A stretch of 64,000 nucleotides of DNA from Carpediemonas membranifera BICM. Its lineage: Eukaryota > Protista > Fornicata. The position numbers and the translations under genes were made by a program. Under the pieces are notes generated by a model. It saw only the letters and a program-made list of their open reading frames with translations. It searched no databases and was not told the origin of the DNA. Positions within the stretch are counted from its first letter, which is position 1, and each line of letters opens with the position of its first letter. Below, piece by piece: positions 1-10,652 of the stretch. Location: assembly GCA_019828565.1 (NCBI GenBank), contig JAHDYR010000012.1, forward strand, positions 744,001 to 808,000, read 5' to 3'.

Positions 1-3000
1 GCACCGTATTGTTCAGGGGGAAGAGGGTTGTCTCGGTCAATCGTGCGGATCATCATTGTGCCGAGCACCTTGTGGGCTGTGGAAAGTAGGGAGATAGGTC
101 TGAACGCCACAGGAGCATCGCTAGTAGAGCCGGGCTTTTTCAATGGAATTACCACGGCGGTATGCCACTCTGCTGGGGTCTTGAGTTGGTCAATGCACTT
201 CTGTAGCAGAGTCTTGAGCGCCTCCTTGAGGACTGGGCTATATTTGAAAATTGCCGGGGTTAGTCCATCACTGCCTGGGGCTGATCTATTCTTGGCAGAT
301 TTGAGAGCCCCTTCCAGGAGAGTGTCCGTGATTTCGAGCTCTATATCGGGGCGAGAGATGGATGGTTCTACTGCTCCTGCCACATATGATACTGACGCAT
401 ACCACTCCTCGAAGGCCTTGGCTACTTCTTCTCGGTTGGTGATCACTCTGCCTCCTACTGTGGTGGTAGCAGGAAGGCCGGGTCCTCTGAGTAAGCCTTC
501 CAGGTCTCTGCGAAGACCAGACACTCTGGCCTGCCCCTTCAAAAAGCTTCCAATGGACGTATCTAAAGAATTCAGGGGACATGACATCCATGCTCTCAGA
601 GACTCGCTTGGCTCGGGCATGGTAGGCTTTGAGTGTTGAGTGGGCGTGGCTCTCCGAGGATGCTAACGCTACTGATAGCATTGCTGATGATAGCTCAGAG
701 CACACGAGAGCTTTGGGGCCTCTGCTCGTCCTCTCCTTGAGCTGATGTTGGTGGCGATGATCCTCAATGATGAGCTCATAGAGCCGTTCAGGGGAAATAC
801 CGATCTGCTCTCCGGCGACAAACCAGTGGTCGTAGTCTTCTGCTCTCTCGACTTCTCTCACTTCATGTGAGGCCGCAGTGTCCACCAACGCCCATCGGTT
901 GATAGTCGACGTCAGGCTTTGAAAGGCTTGGTCGACATCAAGGTGGCTGATGTTCCTCAGGAGAGTCCTCGCCTTTCGATGATCCTTGCTGCATTCAAGT
1001 ACGTTAGCCACATGTCTTTCGTTGAGGACTGCTGTTGCCTTGCTCCTCGTGCGAAAGTAACCCGTTATGCCTGATCTTGCTACAACCGCTCTGTGTCCTT
1101 TGGGTTCAAGGGATACTGTGAGCGGCTTCTCGATGAGATCAGCCAGCTTAGGTGTTGCTGCGATGCCATCAATTACTCTGTCCATGAAGGTCGGGCCGTC
1201 GGGCACTACCAGTCTCAAGCCACACTCCTTTAGGGTGGTAGCCCACAGCGTCGATGGATCTAGTAGGTTCGTGTTGAAGTCTCCCATGACAAGAACTTGG
1301 AGCCCTTGCTCAATAGCTTTCTTCACCTCGGAGGACAGTAGAGTGTGGAACTCTTTCTTGGCTTGTGCTCCCGTGCATGGACTATAGATGGACATGACAC
1401 GGACCTTCAGTTTGCCAGCTGTTACAAACACGCAGCCTAGGTCAGCTTGAATCAACCTTGGAGAGTGGGGTTGGTTCTCGACGTATGTGCAGAGCTCAGC
1501 TAATTCCTTCCTCAGCATGATGCCTACGCCTAGATGCTTTGTCTCGGACTCTGACTTGATCACTCCGTGGTATAGCAGGACCTTGTCATTCGTTGTGGGC
1601 AGCTCCGGGGACTGGGCCCACCACCATAGCTCCTGAATGGACATGATGTCCACGTCTTGTACTAGAGCAAGAGTCATCTTGGTGATGTTGAGTGATGTGC
1701 AATTCCACGAGTAGAGGTGACCATTTACTGGTCGTCTACCTGCTTGACTTCGCCCTCTCTGATTCCTGAAGGTCGCAGGCGAGACTCGCGTGGCTAAGCT
1801 TGGAGCTGGCGTGGAAGAAGCCGGTGGCTCAACCTCACTCCAGTTACCGTCGTGAGCTCGGGCACTCTGGAGAGCTTTGAACACCGGAGAAAGGTCCCAC
1901 GCTTCGCTGACCCATGCTGTTTCTGCCTTCTGTATGAGGGCATCCATGTCTCCTCGAGTCATGGGCCCTCTCAGTCTGACTTTGCGGAGCCCTCGCACTG
2001 GCTTGTTGGGGATTCTCGGGACTAGAAACCAATGATCCGGCGCTCTGTAGGACCTCTTGACTACTCCTTTGGAGTTGTCTGCCGAGGGAGGAACGTTGAG
2101 AGCCAGAAGCTCTGCAGCAGATTGCGGTAGGTCTCGGTGAGGAGGGCACTCCCAGTAAACTTGCTGAGCCGTCAACTGATTGCTGAAGGAGCTGTCGTTA
2201 TTCACCGTCGCTATCCTGATGAATGGCTGTTCTAGGCTGTTTGGAGGGACTATGCCTGCCGCATCCGCCACCGCTATCATCTTGGCAAGAGGATCAAACC
2301 ATTCCCACCCTCGCCGAGCTGGGCTCCGCACTGCAATAAATTGACGGCGCGTCATAGCCTGTCTGGCCCTATCACCTGTGGGGAAGGAGCAGCCACCCTT
2401 AGGTGCTATTACGTACTCCTTGAGGATGTGGTGCAGCTCCTCAAGCGTTGGCAGGTGGAGGTCTTGGAGTAGTAGCACGGCCAGGTCGGGCAGGAGAGAG
2501 GACCAGTTGCCGATGAGGACATCCAAGTCTTTCCTCCATGCATCAGTGATTTCAGAGTACGTGGATGTGATAGCTCCCCTAGATGTTCGGTCGAGACATG
2601 AGACTGTGTGCAGTACCGCCGCGAAAGCTACAGTGTCACTGAGAGCACAATGGTAGCCTGGATCTGTTCCAATGTGGTACGGGCAGGGGCACTTCACCAT
2701 TGTGAGACATTGGGCTATCGACATCGCCTCAGAGAACTCGGGTGAACGGCAGTAGTCATGGATATGCCCAAAGGATCTTTTGTCTATGGACTCTAGATCA
2801 CTTATGTCATAGACCTTGTCAAGGAAGGGGGCATCGCTTTCCGAGACCCATGACTCTAGGACGGAGTTCTCAAGTCTCGGGTCTTTGGCGACCATGATGC
2901 AGTTCGGGAGGGAGCTCACTATGACCGTGAGGTGGTGAAGCCAGTCGGTCGGGCTGGGGAATGAGATCCCGGGGTGGTCGGGGTGTACTCTGAAGCTCAT

Positions 3001-4985
3001 GGGAGGACACCCATGAACAACTGCCGCTTGGTATAAAGCTGTCTGCATTAACTGCGCTGGGATATCAACTTCTAAGCCGCCCCAGTGGACCCCTGCGACG
3101 TCCCACATCATTATCCCCGTTTCAGGATCCTTGACGCGGGCTAGGAGTGTGGCGCCGGCCTCTACGGGATATGAGACGCGACTCTGTTTGGTGGCTCTGC
3201 GGTCTACGGCAGTTCCTAGTCCTTCAAAGTCGACCACTAGGATATGAGAAACAGGACCCTCTCTCTTGCCAGACAAGCCTATGAGAGCGCCATGGACGCC
3301 ATCACGGTTGTTGCGGGCCACACTAGAGGGGGCGCTATCGAGGCCTTCAGCGGCGATGTTGTTGCGAGCCACTCTAGAGGGGGCGCTATCGAGGCCTTCA
3401 GCGGCGATGTTGTTGCGAGCCACACTAGAGGGGGCTCTTCTTGGACGATATTCAGCATATTGCAGGCGCCTTGCTTCTGCGCTCCTCACAGACGGAAAAA
3501 GAGGCGTGAAGTGCAGAGCACTCAGTCTAATGAGGATGTAATCGGTTTTGAGCATCGTTTTGAGCGCGTCAATATTGAGAGGAAGTGTAGAGAACTCGGA
3601 TAATGCTGGGATGGTTACTGAGACTGTGTTGGCATCATATCGATGAGCAATAAGCACATTTTTTCCGAAGAGCGATGCAATATTGCGGAGGTCTGTGGTG
3701 GATAGGAAGGCACTACCAATGTCGCTAGCGGTGGTGTGTGTGGTTAAAGTGCGCACCGTGGATCTCCACGAGGAGTTAAGATCCACTGTACCATTCTGGA
3801 TGGCGGAGGCAAGTTTCGACACGGCTTCTCGTCTCGTCAGGCCCGTCATACCCAGAGAGACAGCAAGTGAGTGAAGGCCACAGTTGCCGTCGGCGTGAAC
3901 TGGGATGCTCATGAGAGGGCCCCAACGGGCGTTAGGCTCCTCAGCTACGATCGGGGATGATGGATAAATGCTGTTCTCTTCGCAAGACGATATTTCTTTC
4001 CGAATCTGCCGCGCAACCTCTTCCACGCTAACAGGGATCGGGCTTGCGAGCTCAACATCAGAGTTTGAACAGGAACTTATGGATATAGTAGAGTCATCGA
4101 CTGGATAGGCCTTCCGGCGAATGGGAGAGATAAGGCTGTCTGATAAGGTATTCGATAAGGAAGACTGAAGGTCGGCCGCTGTGGCTCCACCCCATTCGGC
4201 ATAAAGCTCAGTCATCGCATGTCCTCCCAACACGGGAGAGGCGCCATACAGTAAGTGGATTACCTCGAGGCCCATGAACGGCGTGAGGTTGAGACCATCC
4301 GGAGATACAATGGGGCCGGGCCGGCCGGAGTGAGCGATGCGGGGACCAAGAGGCTCTCTTTGACCGACTGCCTGCCATGTCAGGCTCGGAGAGTTCGGGA
4401 CAGTGGATATGGTTGGAGGCCAAGGATCGTTCCGTTGGTCTAACACTGTAGGGCATCTGGCGGAGATGAAATCTGCGAACTTGCTCCAGTCCATGCTGCT
4501 AGCTGGGGGAGTCCCGTGAACCTGCAGTGGATTAGGGCAGCCTTAAGCGTTCCAACCGTGTGGACAAGATCATAGGCAATGAGGGGAAAGAGTTTGAGGA
4601 TACCTTCCCGGATGGAGAGCCCAAATGCAGCTGCAAGGTGCTCAGCATCTTGGAGTAGGTCATTACAGGCATCCTTAGCCCGCTTATAGCGGGCGTTGTC
4701 CCGTTTTAGGTTTGGGATTGCCACCGAGACGAAATTGCCCGTCGATGAGTGTGTTGCAAGCTCAGTTTTGAAGGGATGGATGATTACGGGGTCCCCAATA
4801 AAGGCAATGCCTGCTAGTAGTTGTCTTTTGAGGACAGGAGGGGCGGATGAAACATATTTGAGGTGCTTCCTCGTCAGGAAGCGTTGGTCGGCGATACTGC
4901 TTTGAGCAGCAGTGGTACTTTGTGGTTGCGGACCAGTGTCTTTCGCTAAGATTGGGCCTCTGTAGCCAGAACTACTTTTGCCCAT
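1..4985 (-). CDS. LINE-A polyprotein: N-terminal region - OTU protease - MAEL/DEDDh exonuclease - unknown domain - APE endonuclease - RT (partial)
   Basis: ORFs 4440..4985, 286..4494 and the RT frame below ~540 join by single-base changes in homopolymers (G5 at 4505-4509, A5 at 541-545). OTU: HADGNCGLHSL...LHF (~3500-3915). DEDDh: VDFEG..PVE..CPYH..HCALSD (~2630-3246). APE: SWNC, IQEL, GVGI, IYSP, GDFN, IDGI, GH (~1085-1720). Confidence 0.85.
3307..3435. repeat. Coding tandem repeat, 51-bp unit x about 2.5 (APSSVARNNIAAEGLDS)
   Basis: Units start at 3307, 3358 and 3409; it forms the linker between the OTU and nuclease domains. Confidence 0.95.
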
Positions 4986-5021
4986 GGTGCGGAAATTTTT
5001 TTTTTTTTTTTTTTTTTTTTA

Positions 5022-6468
5022 TCGACGACTTCTTAGTGTCCCATGCCTCCCCATCGTACCTAGCTTCGGTCACCCCGCAGATCATCGACCTCATGCTATC
5101 GCTGGGGGCGATACCGGGCCTCAACAAGTGCGTCCTCACGCCGACCCAGCAGGTAGACTACCTAGGTGTCCACATAGACACCGCAAGCGAGTCCCTAAGA
5201 ATCTCAAAAGACAAGGCCGAGGCCTACACGGCCACGATCTCCAAGGCCCTCCGGGTCGGGTCCATCACAGCTTCAGACTGGCAGAAGCTCCTAGGCCGTC
5301 TGTCATTCTTCGCAGGGACCACACAGTTCGCCCGCCTCGCACTCAGACCACTGCAGGCCACCCCTACGACGGAGACCGTCCACCTCTCCAGCCAAATCCG
5401 CAGGCAGCTGGCGGCGTGGCAAGTCCTCCTCCGCGATCGCCCACCCAAGAGGTTCGCCGAAGCAAGAGCGGACTGGGAAATACGCGATACGCTCCAGATT
5501 TCTGTCACCTCAGACGCATCAACGTCCGGCTGGGGAGCATGCCTGTTCAATGGGGAGAAGGGAGCGGCATCACAGGGTGCCTTCCCCCTCATCTCAAGGG
5601 GGAACACATTGGCGTCAAGGAGCTCTTCGCGATCGCTCAGGCGATCAATCTCGTGCCCCAGCAGGAGTCACGCTCCTCTCTCACAGTCTTTGCCGACAAC
5701 TCAGCTGCCATCAGCTGGGTAAACAGACGGGGATCGCCGAACCTCCCCCCAGCCGCACACCAGATCCTACAGGACATCTACAACACGGCAGAAACCAAGC
5801 GCCTCGACGTCCACTGCTTCCATATTGCCGGACACCTGAATGTCCAGGCGGACAGGCTCTCCAGGTTCGCCAAGCTCGACTGGTCGTCACCCCGAGAAGT
5901 CTTGGAAACCATCATGCGCAAGTGGGGGCCGGTCGAGATCGACGTCACAGCACGCCCCGACAAGGTTCTGGCCTTACCAGGCTTTGCAGAAATAGCCTGG
6001 TCAATCCACGACAACGGCTTCCAGATGGACTGGAGGGGAGTCAGGATTTATATAGCTCCTCCTATAGCCCTTCTTGGAGTGACGTGTCGTCGCCTCCAGA
6101 CAATACGCGCCTCGACCCAGACTGGGAACCCTCGACACTGGAGATCAGCGGCGATAGTCCTGTGCCCGGACCTCAACTCGCCCGAGGTCCGAGCCATCAA
6201 ACGTTTGACACCCCTCAAGTTGTACCTCAGAGTCCAGGCGAAACACCTCCTGCAGTCCGAGCTAGCCTGGACAGCGACAGACAAGGGCAAGATCCGCTTC
6301 GTGGCGCTTATCCTGAGGACCCGTTCCAAGCCCTCCTCGCTGACGACCGACTATCACATTTCAGAAACGAATCGTCGCGCCGCACAGCAGCGGGCTGGGT
6401 CGCCAAATTCCTCCAATCCCGCAACGCGAGCCACTCACACGCGCAACAGCTCAAAGAGTTCCTTCTGA
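5022..6468 (+). pseudogene. DIRS-A RT-RNaseH-MT ORF, 5'-interrupted
   Basis: (YL)DDFLV, YLGV, SDAS..GWG, KEL, DN, ADRLSR, and MT-like WGPVEID..DW..YIAPP. One frameshift in the C run near 5585. Confidence 0.88.
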
Positions 6469-7226
6469 CCGAGGGTACCACGTCGGGCCCACAGTCGATA
6501 CACAGGAAAGGCTACTGGATTTGCGAGGCCGCCCCACTCGTGTCTGACTGGCGCCCCCCGATCGCTGCCAAGCAGATAATCGCCGCCGCCCGGAACGTCG
6601 CCTCTGTAGAAGGCCTGACCGGGGGTGCGAAGCCTGTCACGTCCGCGAGAGTCCGCAGGGTCATAGACAGACGTCGGAAGTCACCCCAAGCCTTCCAGGC
6701 CGCCCTCTTTTCTGCTCTCTGCTTTATCACCGTGAGTAGAGGCGCAGAGATCTTTGGGCTCAGACGAAGAGACGTCGAGTTCGACGCTGATGGCAATGCC
6801 CTCCTTCTGTTCGCGAGAACTAAGACTGCCACAGGCGTCCGCAAGCTGGTACCAAACCAATCGTGGGCCCGCTTTAACCCAGCAAGGGCCCTGAAGGCAT
6901 GGGTCCCCACGGCAACGCGCCGCGACGACGACCTCATCTGGCGGGAGATCACCTCAACCGGTGGTATTTCACTATCGAAGCCGCTACCGGCGTCAACCCT
7001 CCGCCACTGGATCCACCAGGCGTACGGCACCGACATTTCGTGGCACTCATTCCGCAAGGGCGCCACCACGGAGTTGGCGGTAGCCCACACGAGTACCGAA
7101 GTCCTCCTGTCCATGGGGACGTGGGCCTCCACGAAAAGCATGCTGAGATATATGGGCAACGGGGTCCGCACACACCCGGGGGTCCAGGGACACCTGGCCT
7201 CCATCCTTCTCCAACCACCACTTTAA
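5550..7226 (+). CDS. DIRS-A tyrosine recombinase (start uncertain; frame overlaps the RT ORF)
   Basis: Catalytic residues R (VSRGAEI), K (RTKT), HSFR, W (GTW) and Y (MLRY). Confidence 0.9.
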   Translation: MGRRERHHRVPSPSSQGGTHWRQGALRDRSGDQSRAPAGVTLLSHSLCRQLSCHQLGKQTGIAEPPPSRTPDPTGHLQHGRNQAPRRPLLPYCRTPECPGGQALQVRQARLVVTPRSLGNHHAQVGAGRDRRHSTPRQGSGLTRLCRNSLVNPRQRLPDGLEGSQDLYSSSYSPSWSDVSSPPDNTRLDPDWEPSTLEISGDSPVPGPQLARGPSHQTFDTPQVVPQSPGETPPAVRASLDSDRQGQDPLRGAYPEDPFQALLADDRLSHFRNESSRRTAAGWVAKFLQSRNASHSHAQQLKEFLLTEGTTSGPQSIHRKGYWICEAAPLVSDWRPPIAAKQIIAAARNVASVEGLTGGAKPVTSARVRRVIDRRRKSPQAFQAALFSALCFITVSRGAEIFGLRRRDVEFDADGNALLLFARTKTATGVRKLVPNQSWARFNPARALKAWVPTATRRDDDLIWREITSTGGISLSKPLPASTLRHWIHQAYGTDISWHSFRKGATTELAVAHTSTEVLLSMGTWASTKSMLRYMGNGVRTHPGVQGHLASILLQPPL

Positions 7227-7779
7227 ATCTCTGACGGGAGCTAGTGGCTGGGAGAGCTAGGTAGGGTGGGGCTGACACGCGTTACAACGGCAGATGTAAG
7301 CCACAACAGACATTCTTTGACGCGGTCTCTCGAGGAGACGGTCGGTTTGGGCTCGCAAGCGTGCCTGCAAGCCATTCCACTATGCTCGTTGCCGGTGGGA
7401 TATCCCCGTTGGGTAGAGCAAGTATGTCTAGAGGCTAGGACAGCTAGCTGGCGTTACATCGCGCTGACAGGTTACCTCGGGTAACGGGCCGTGAGCGGAG
7501 GGCAATGAGATCGCCTCGCTCCGGCATGGTGATGCGCCGACCAGGCGAGCCGCGCAGTTTATGCGGGCAGAATGGTAGAAAATTCGGAACATCCAGATCC
7601 GACGGCACGATACTGGTCAAGACCGGTATATCCGCCCAGTAGGTAAGCTGGCCGGAGTCCCCTGATCGTTTACACTAGCTCTCTTCTTTAATAAACGATC
7701 GCCCCCCGTTGGGTAGAGCAAGTATGTCTAGAGGCTAGGACAGCTAGCGCAGTTTAAGGATTCAGGAGAAGAAAACAAT

Positions 7780-7853
7780 TGTTTCCAGTGGGGCTCGAAC
7801 CCACGATCTTGTGCGTGTGAGGCACACGATATAGCCAACTAATCCATGGAAAC
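7780..7853 (-). tRNA. tRNA-Val(CAC)
   Basis: Cloverleaf: GTTTCCA/TGGAAAC acceptor, TGTGC-CTCACAC-GCACA anticodon arm, GTGGG-TTCGAGC-CCCAC T arm. Confidence 0.95.
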
Positions 7854-8243
7854 CGCCAGAAATATATATTGTAATATTTTGAGGAGTATACTTTGAATGT
7901 TGAAGACTAAAACTCGCTTTTCCACCCCGATAGCCCTAAATTCGCCGCGGAGCACTTTTGGTCTCGGCACCTTAAACTGCGAATCCAAGAAATGTTCAGG
8001 GAAACAGTCCAGATTGAAACTCGGAAAGGGAGTTGGGACACCGACCAGCTCGCTGTGCATGTGGGAAAATCCACACAATGGCCTGGCGATGTGAAGCGCG
8101 CACCCAAGACAAAAGAAAACAGCTGACTCACGCACCCAATTGCTGGGGCCCAGCTTATGATCAGGCAGGCCACTGCTCGGCAGCAGACATGCCGAGAACC
8201 ATCCAACGCACATTTACATAAATCCATTTACATCGGAGCTGCC

Positions 8244-10487
8244 TTACATAATCTGTCTCTCGCCGTCGACCAGGATACGGTCGCGGTACTTGATGGCGAC
8301 GCTGCTGACGCCGAACTCCGAGGCGACCGAGTCTAGCGCGATCTCGTACGGCGACACCAGGTGGTGTTTGATCATGCGGAGGTCGAGAACGATCCGGTCG
8401 AGCCGCTCGACCTCCCACACCGCGTACACAGGCCGGACGAAGTCCCGGATCACTAGCTTCTGGAACCGGCCCCACGTCAGCTCGTTGTCGAGCAGCTTCT
8501 GTCGTAGCAGGGCGAGCCGGCGGTCGTGCACCCGCAGCGCCGAGATGTGGCGGGGCGGCAGGGTGTGGATGAGGACGACCCGGCCGGGCGGGCCCAAGTC
8601 TGTCGTCGTCTTCGCCTCCCGCTCGAGCTGCCGGGCCTGGCGCACGGCGTCGCGGCGCTTGGCGATGTCGTCCTTCTCAGCCTGTGCGCGCTGCTGCAGC
8701 CGGCGCAAGGTCTCCTCCTGGACGGAGATCATGCCCAGCTCGCGGCGACGGCGATTCTCATCGATGAGCTGCTTCCGCCCTGCCTTCCACTGCTTGCGGT
8801 TGACTGTCTGGTTGAGTATAGACTTGCCAATGTGCAAGTACGTCGATGCGACGCCGATGGCCGCCCCGCCGATCATCGTCTTCGTACCCGCCTGCCCCAT
8901 CTTGATCGTCTCGTCGACGGCGTCCTTGACGGCTGCCCATTGCCTCAGCCCCAGCTTATGGACGCGGGAGTTGAGCTCCTTGATGGTGTTGTAGGATAGC
9001 CGCGGCACGACGTCTGTGCTATGAACAACAGAGATGCAGTACTCCTTCATCTCCTCCCGAAGCTCGTCGGACAGCACCGCGGGGCAGGCGAACGCGTAAC
9101 AGTGGACGTCGATGTCGGTCAGCTCCGCCGATTCCCTCAGGATGCGGGTCACGCAGGCGGCCGTACCAGCGCCCAGAGAGTGTCCCGTGACGACGAGCGA
9201 GCGGTAGCCGGTGTTGCGGAGGGTCGCGAGGACGTCCGCCAGTGCTGCTGCGACGACGGACTGGGCGCTGGCGATCATGCCCTTGTGGCCCTGCCCGCCG
9301 TAGAAGGAAGAAGTCGTCGCCAGGACGTCTGTGATGGCGTCGTGCACGCTATTCGTTCCCCTGATGGCGAGCACGACCGAGAGCCGCCTGGGATCACGGG
9401 CGACGAACCATGCCGGGTGGAAGGGTCGGTACGTCCACTCCGACGCCACGACGTTGGCTGGGTCCGTCCCGATGTACTCGCCGATGACACGGGCCTGCAC
9501 CCGGTCGACCTCGGCCTTGTCCAGCCCCAGCCCGGCCCGCTTCCTGCCCAGGTATGCCATTAGCTCCACCATCGCCAGGGAGGGCCCCGCCTCCTCCTCC
9601 TCGCCGTCGCTGTCGTCGCCGTCGTCAGGCGTCGGGTCGTTCGTCGGCCCGCCCCCCCTGGCAACCTCATCGCGGTAGCGAGCCCAGCGCTTGTCCTCCT
9701 TGGCCTGGCGGGCCGCCTTGCCATCGAGCTCCTTCTGTGTCTCTTTGGCACCGTACGCGGCCGTGGCGTACTTCATGTAGTAGCACAGCTCCTGCATCAC
9801 GTCGAGGTCGATGTCGATGTCCTTGCTGTCGGGCGGTGTCGAGATCAGGTCCTCCGCAGTCGCCTGGTACATCAGCTTGATCAGCCCGATGGTCGCGGCT
9901 GGGAGGGACATGTTCGCCTCATCCCCGAGCTTCATGAGGAGCCGGCCGATCTCCTTGACGACGCCGGTGAGCGAGTTTGTCACGTCCAGCGCGCCCGTCA
10001 CGTCGTCATCCTGCGGAAGGCACACCATCTCGAGGTCGTCGTCGTCTTCTTCGTCATGAATCTTCCGCCACCAGTGAAACCTACCCTGAAGCGTGCCCTT
10101 GCCAATCTGGTCCGGGTAGTCGGGTGACCCCTCCAGCTTCAGCTTCTTGGACATCTCCTTGTCCTCAACGAGGTCCCGCACGGACAGCCGACACGCGCCG
10201 AGGAAGGCGTCGTCGTTGTTGGCGTCGGTCACTGTCAGCTCGACGGTGGGGCGAGCAGTGATCTCACCGAGGCCGCGGATGAGGACAGGTTGTTCCCCGT
10301 CCCACGTGTAGCTCTTGCCCTCCTCCTCTGCAGTGAATGTCTGGCTGTGCGTCATGAATGCGATACGGACGCGGGCGCAGGGCGGTGAAGCCTTGTCCTC
10401 CTGCCGCAAGCCCTTAACACTTTCTAAGAGAACCTTCATGGTAAACACAAAGGCGTCTGTTTCGCTGTCGCTGTCAGATTGAGACAT
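8244..10487 (-). CDS. C2-domain + lipase class 3 (DAG-lipase-like) protein
   Basis: N-terminal C2-like region (DDAFLGACRLSVRDL); AIRGT, HKGM, GHSLGAG nucleophile elbow, DVVPRLS, and a C-terminal His (KHHLV). Confidence 0.88.
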   Translation of the reverse strand: MSQSDSDSETDAFVFTMKVLLESVKGLRQEDKASPPCARVRIAFMTHSQTFTAEEEGKSYTWDGEQPVLIRGLGEITARPTVELTVTDANNDDAFLGACRLSVRDLVEDKEMSKKLKLEGSPDYPDQIGKGTLQGRFHWWRKIHDEEDDDDLEMVCLPQDDDVTGALDVTNSLTGVVKEIGRLLMKLGDEANMSLPAATIGLIKLMYQATAEDLISTPPDSKDIDIDLDVMQELCYYMKYATAAYGAKETQKELDGKAARQAKEDKRWARYRDEVARGGGPTNDPTPDDGDDSDGEEEEAGPSLAMVELMAYLGRKRAGLGLDKAEVDRVQARVIGEYIGTDPANVVASEWTYRPFHPAWFVARDPRRLSVVLAIRGTNSVHDAITDVLATTSSFYGGQGHKGMIASAQSVVAAALADVLATLRNTGYRSLVVTGHSLGAGTAACVTRILRESAELTDIDVHCYAFACPAVLSDELREEMKEYCISVVHSTDVVPRLSYNTIKELNSRVHKLGLRQWAAVKDAVDETIKMGQAGTKTMIGGAAIGVASTYLHIGKSILNQTVNRKQWKAGRKQLIDENRRRRELGMISVQEETLRRLQQRAQAEKDDIAKRRDAVRQARQLEREAKTTTDLGPPGRVVLIHTLPPRHISALRVHDRRLALLRQKLLDNELTWGRFQKLVIRDFVRPVYAVWEVERLDRIVLDLRMIKHHLVSPYEIALDSVASEFGVSSVAIKYRDRILVDGERQIM

Positions 10488-10652
10488 GCGATTGTTTGTT
10501 CGATGTGAATTCGTGGTTTAGTGCATAACCTGCGGGACGGCTATTGACAGCCTGCCCGACCCTGCAGTACCCTGTATCGGTTGAACCACAGACGCTCAGC
10601 CACTCTCGGCGCCTGCCTGCCTTTCTCGGGCCCGAGCATCTTTGGGGGCAAC

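Larger units (their letters stand above)
1..5020 (-). mobile_element. LINE-A: APE-type non-LTR retrotransposon, 3' part beyond the left edge, abutting the RT gene of a DIRS-A copy
   Basis: Long minus-strand frame with APE endonuclease motifs followed by non-LTR RT N-terminal motifs (KNRSAPGSDGLT, EWHTAVVIPLKKPG, FRPISLLSTAHKVL at about 60-300). It joins the DIRS-A YLDD codons through a 25-nt T run (4996-5020). Confidence 0.9.
5022..7748 (+). mobile_element. DIRS-A copy 0: PAT-like YR retrotransposon, 3' part only
   Basis: Contains RT C-terminus, RNase H, methyltransferase-like domain and YR. Split direct repeats B1 7404-7448, A2 7449-7607, B2 7704-7748. Nearly identical to 23844-27947. Confidence 0.93.

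Noticed and set aside
3307-3435. CRISPR-like repeat
   Set aside because: It is a contiguous in-frame 51-bp coding repeat without unique spacers, in a eukaryotic context.
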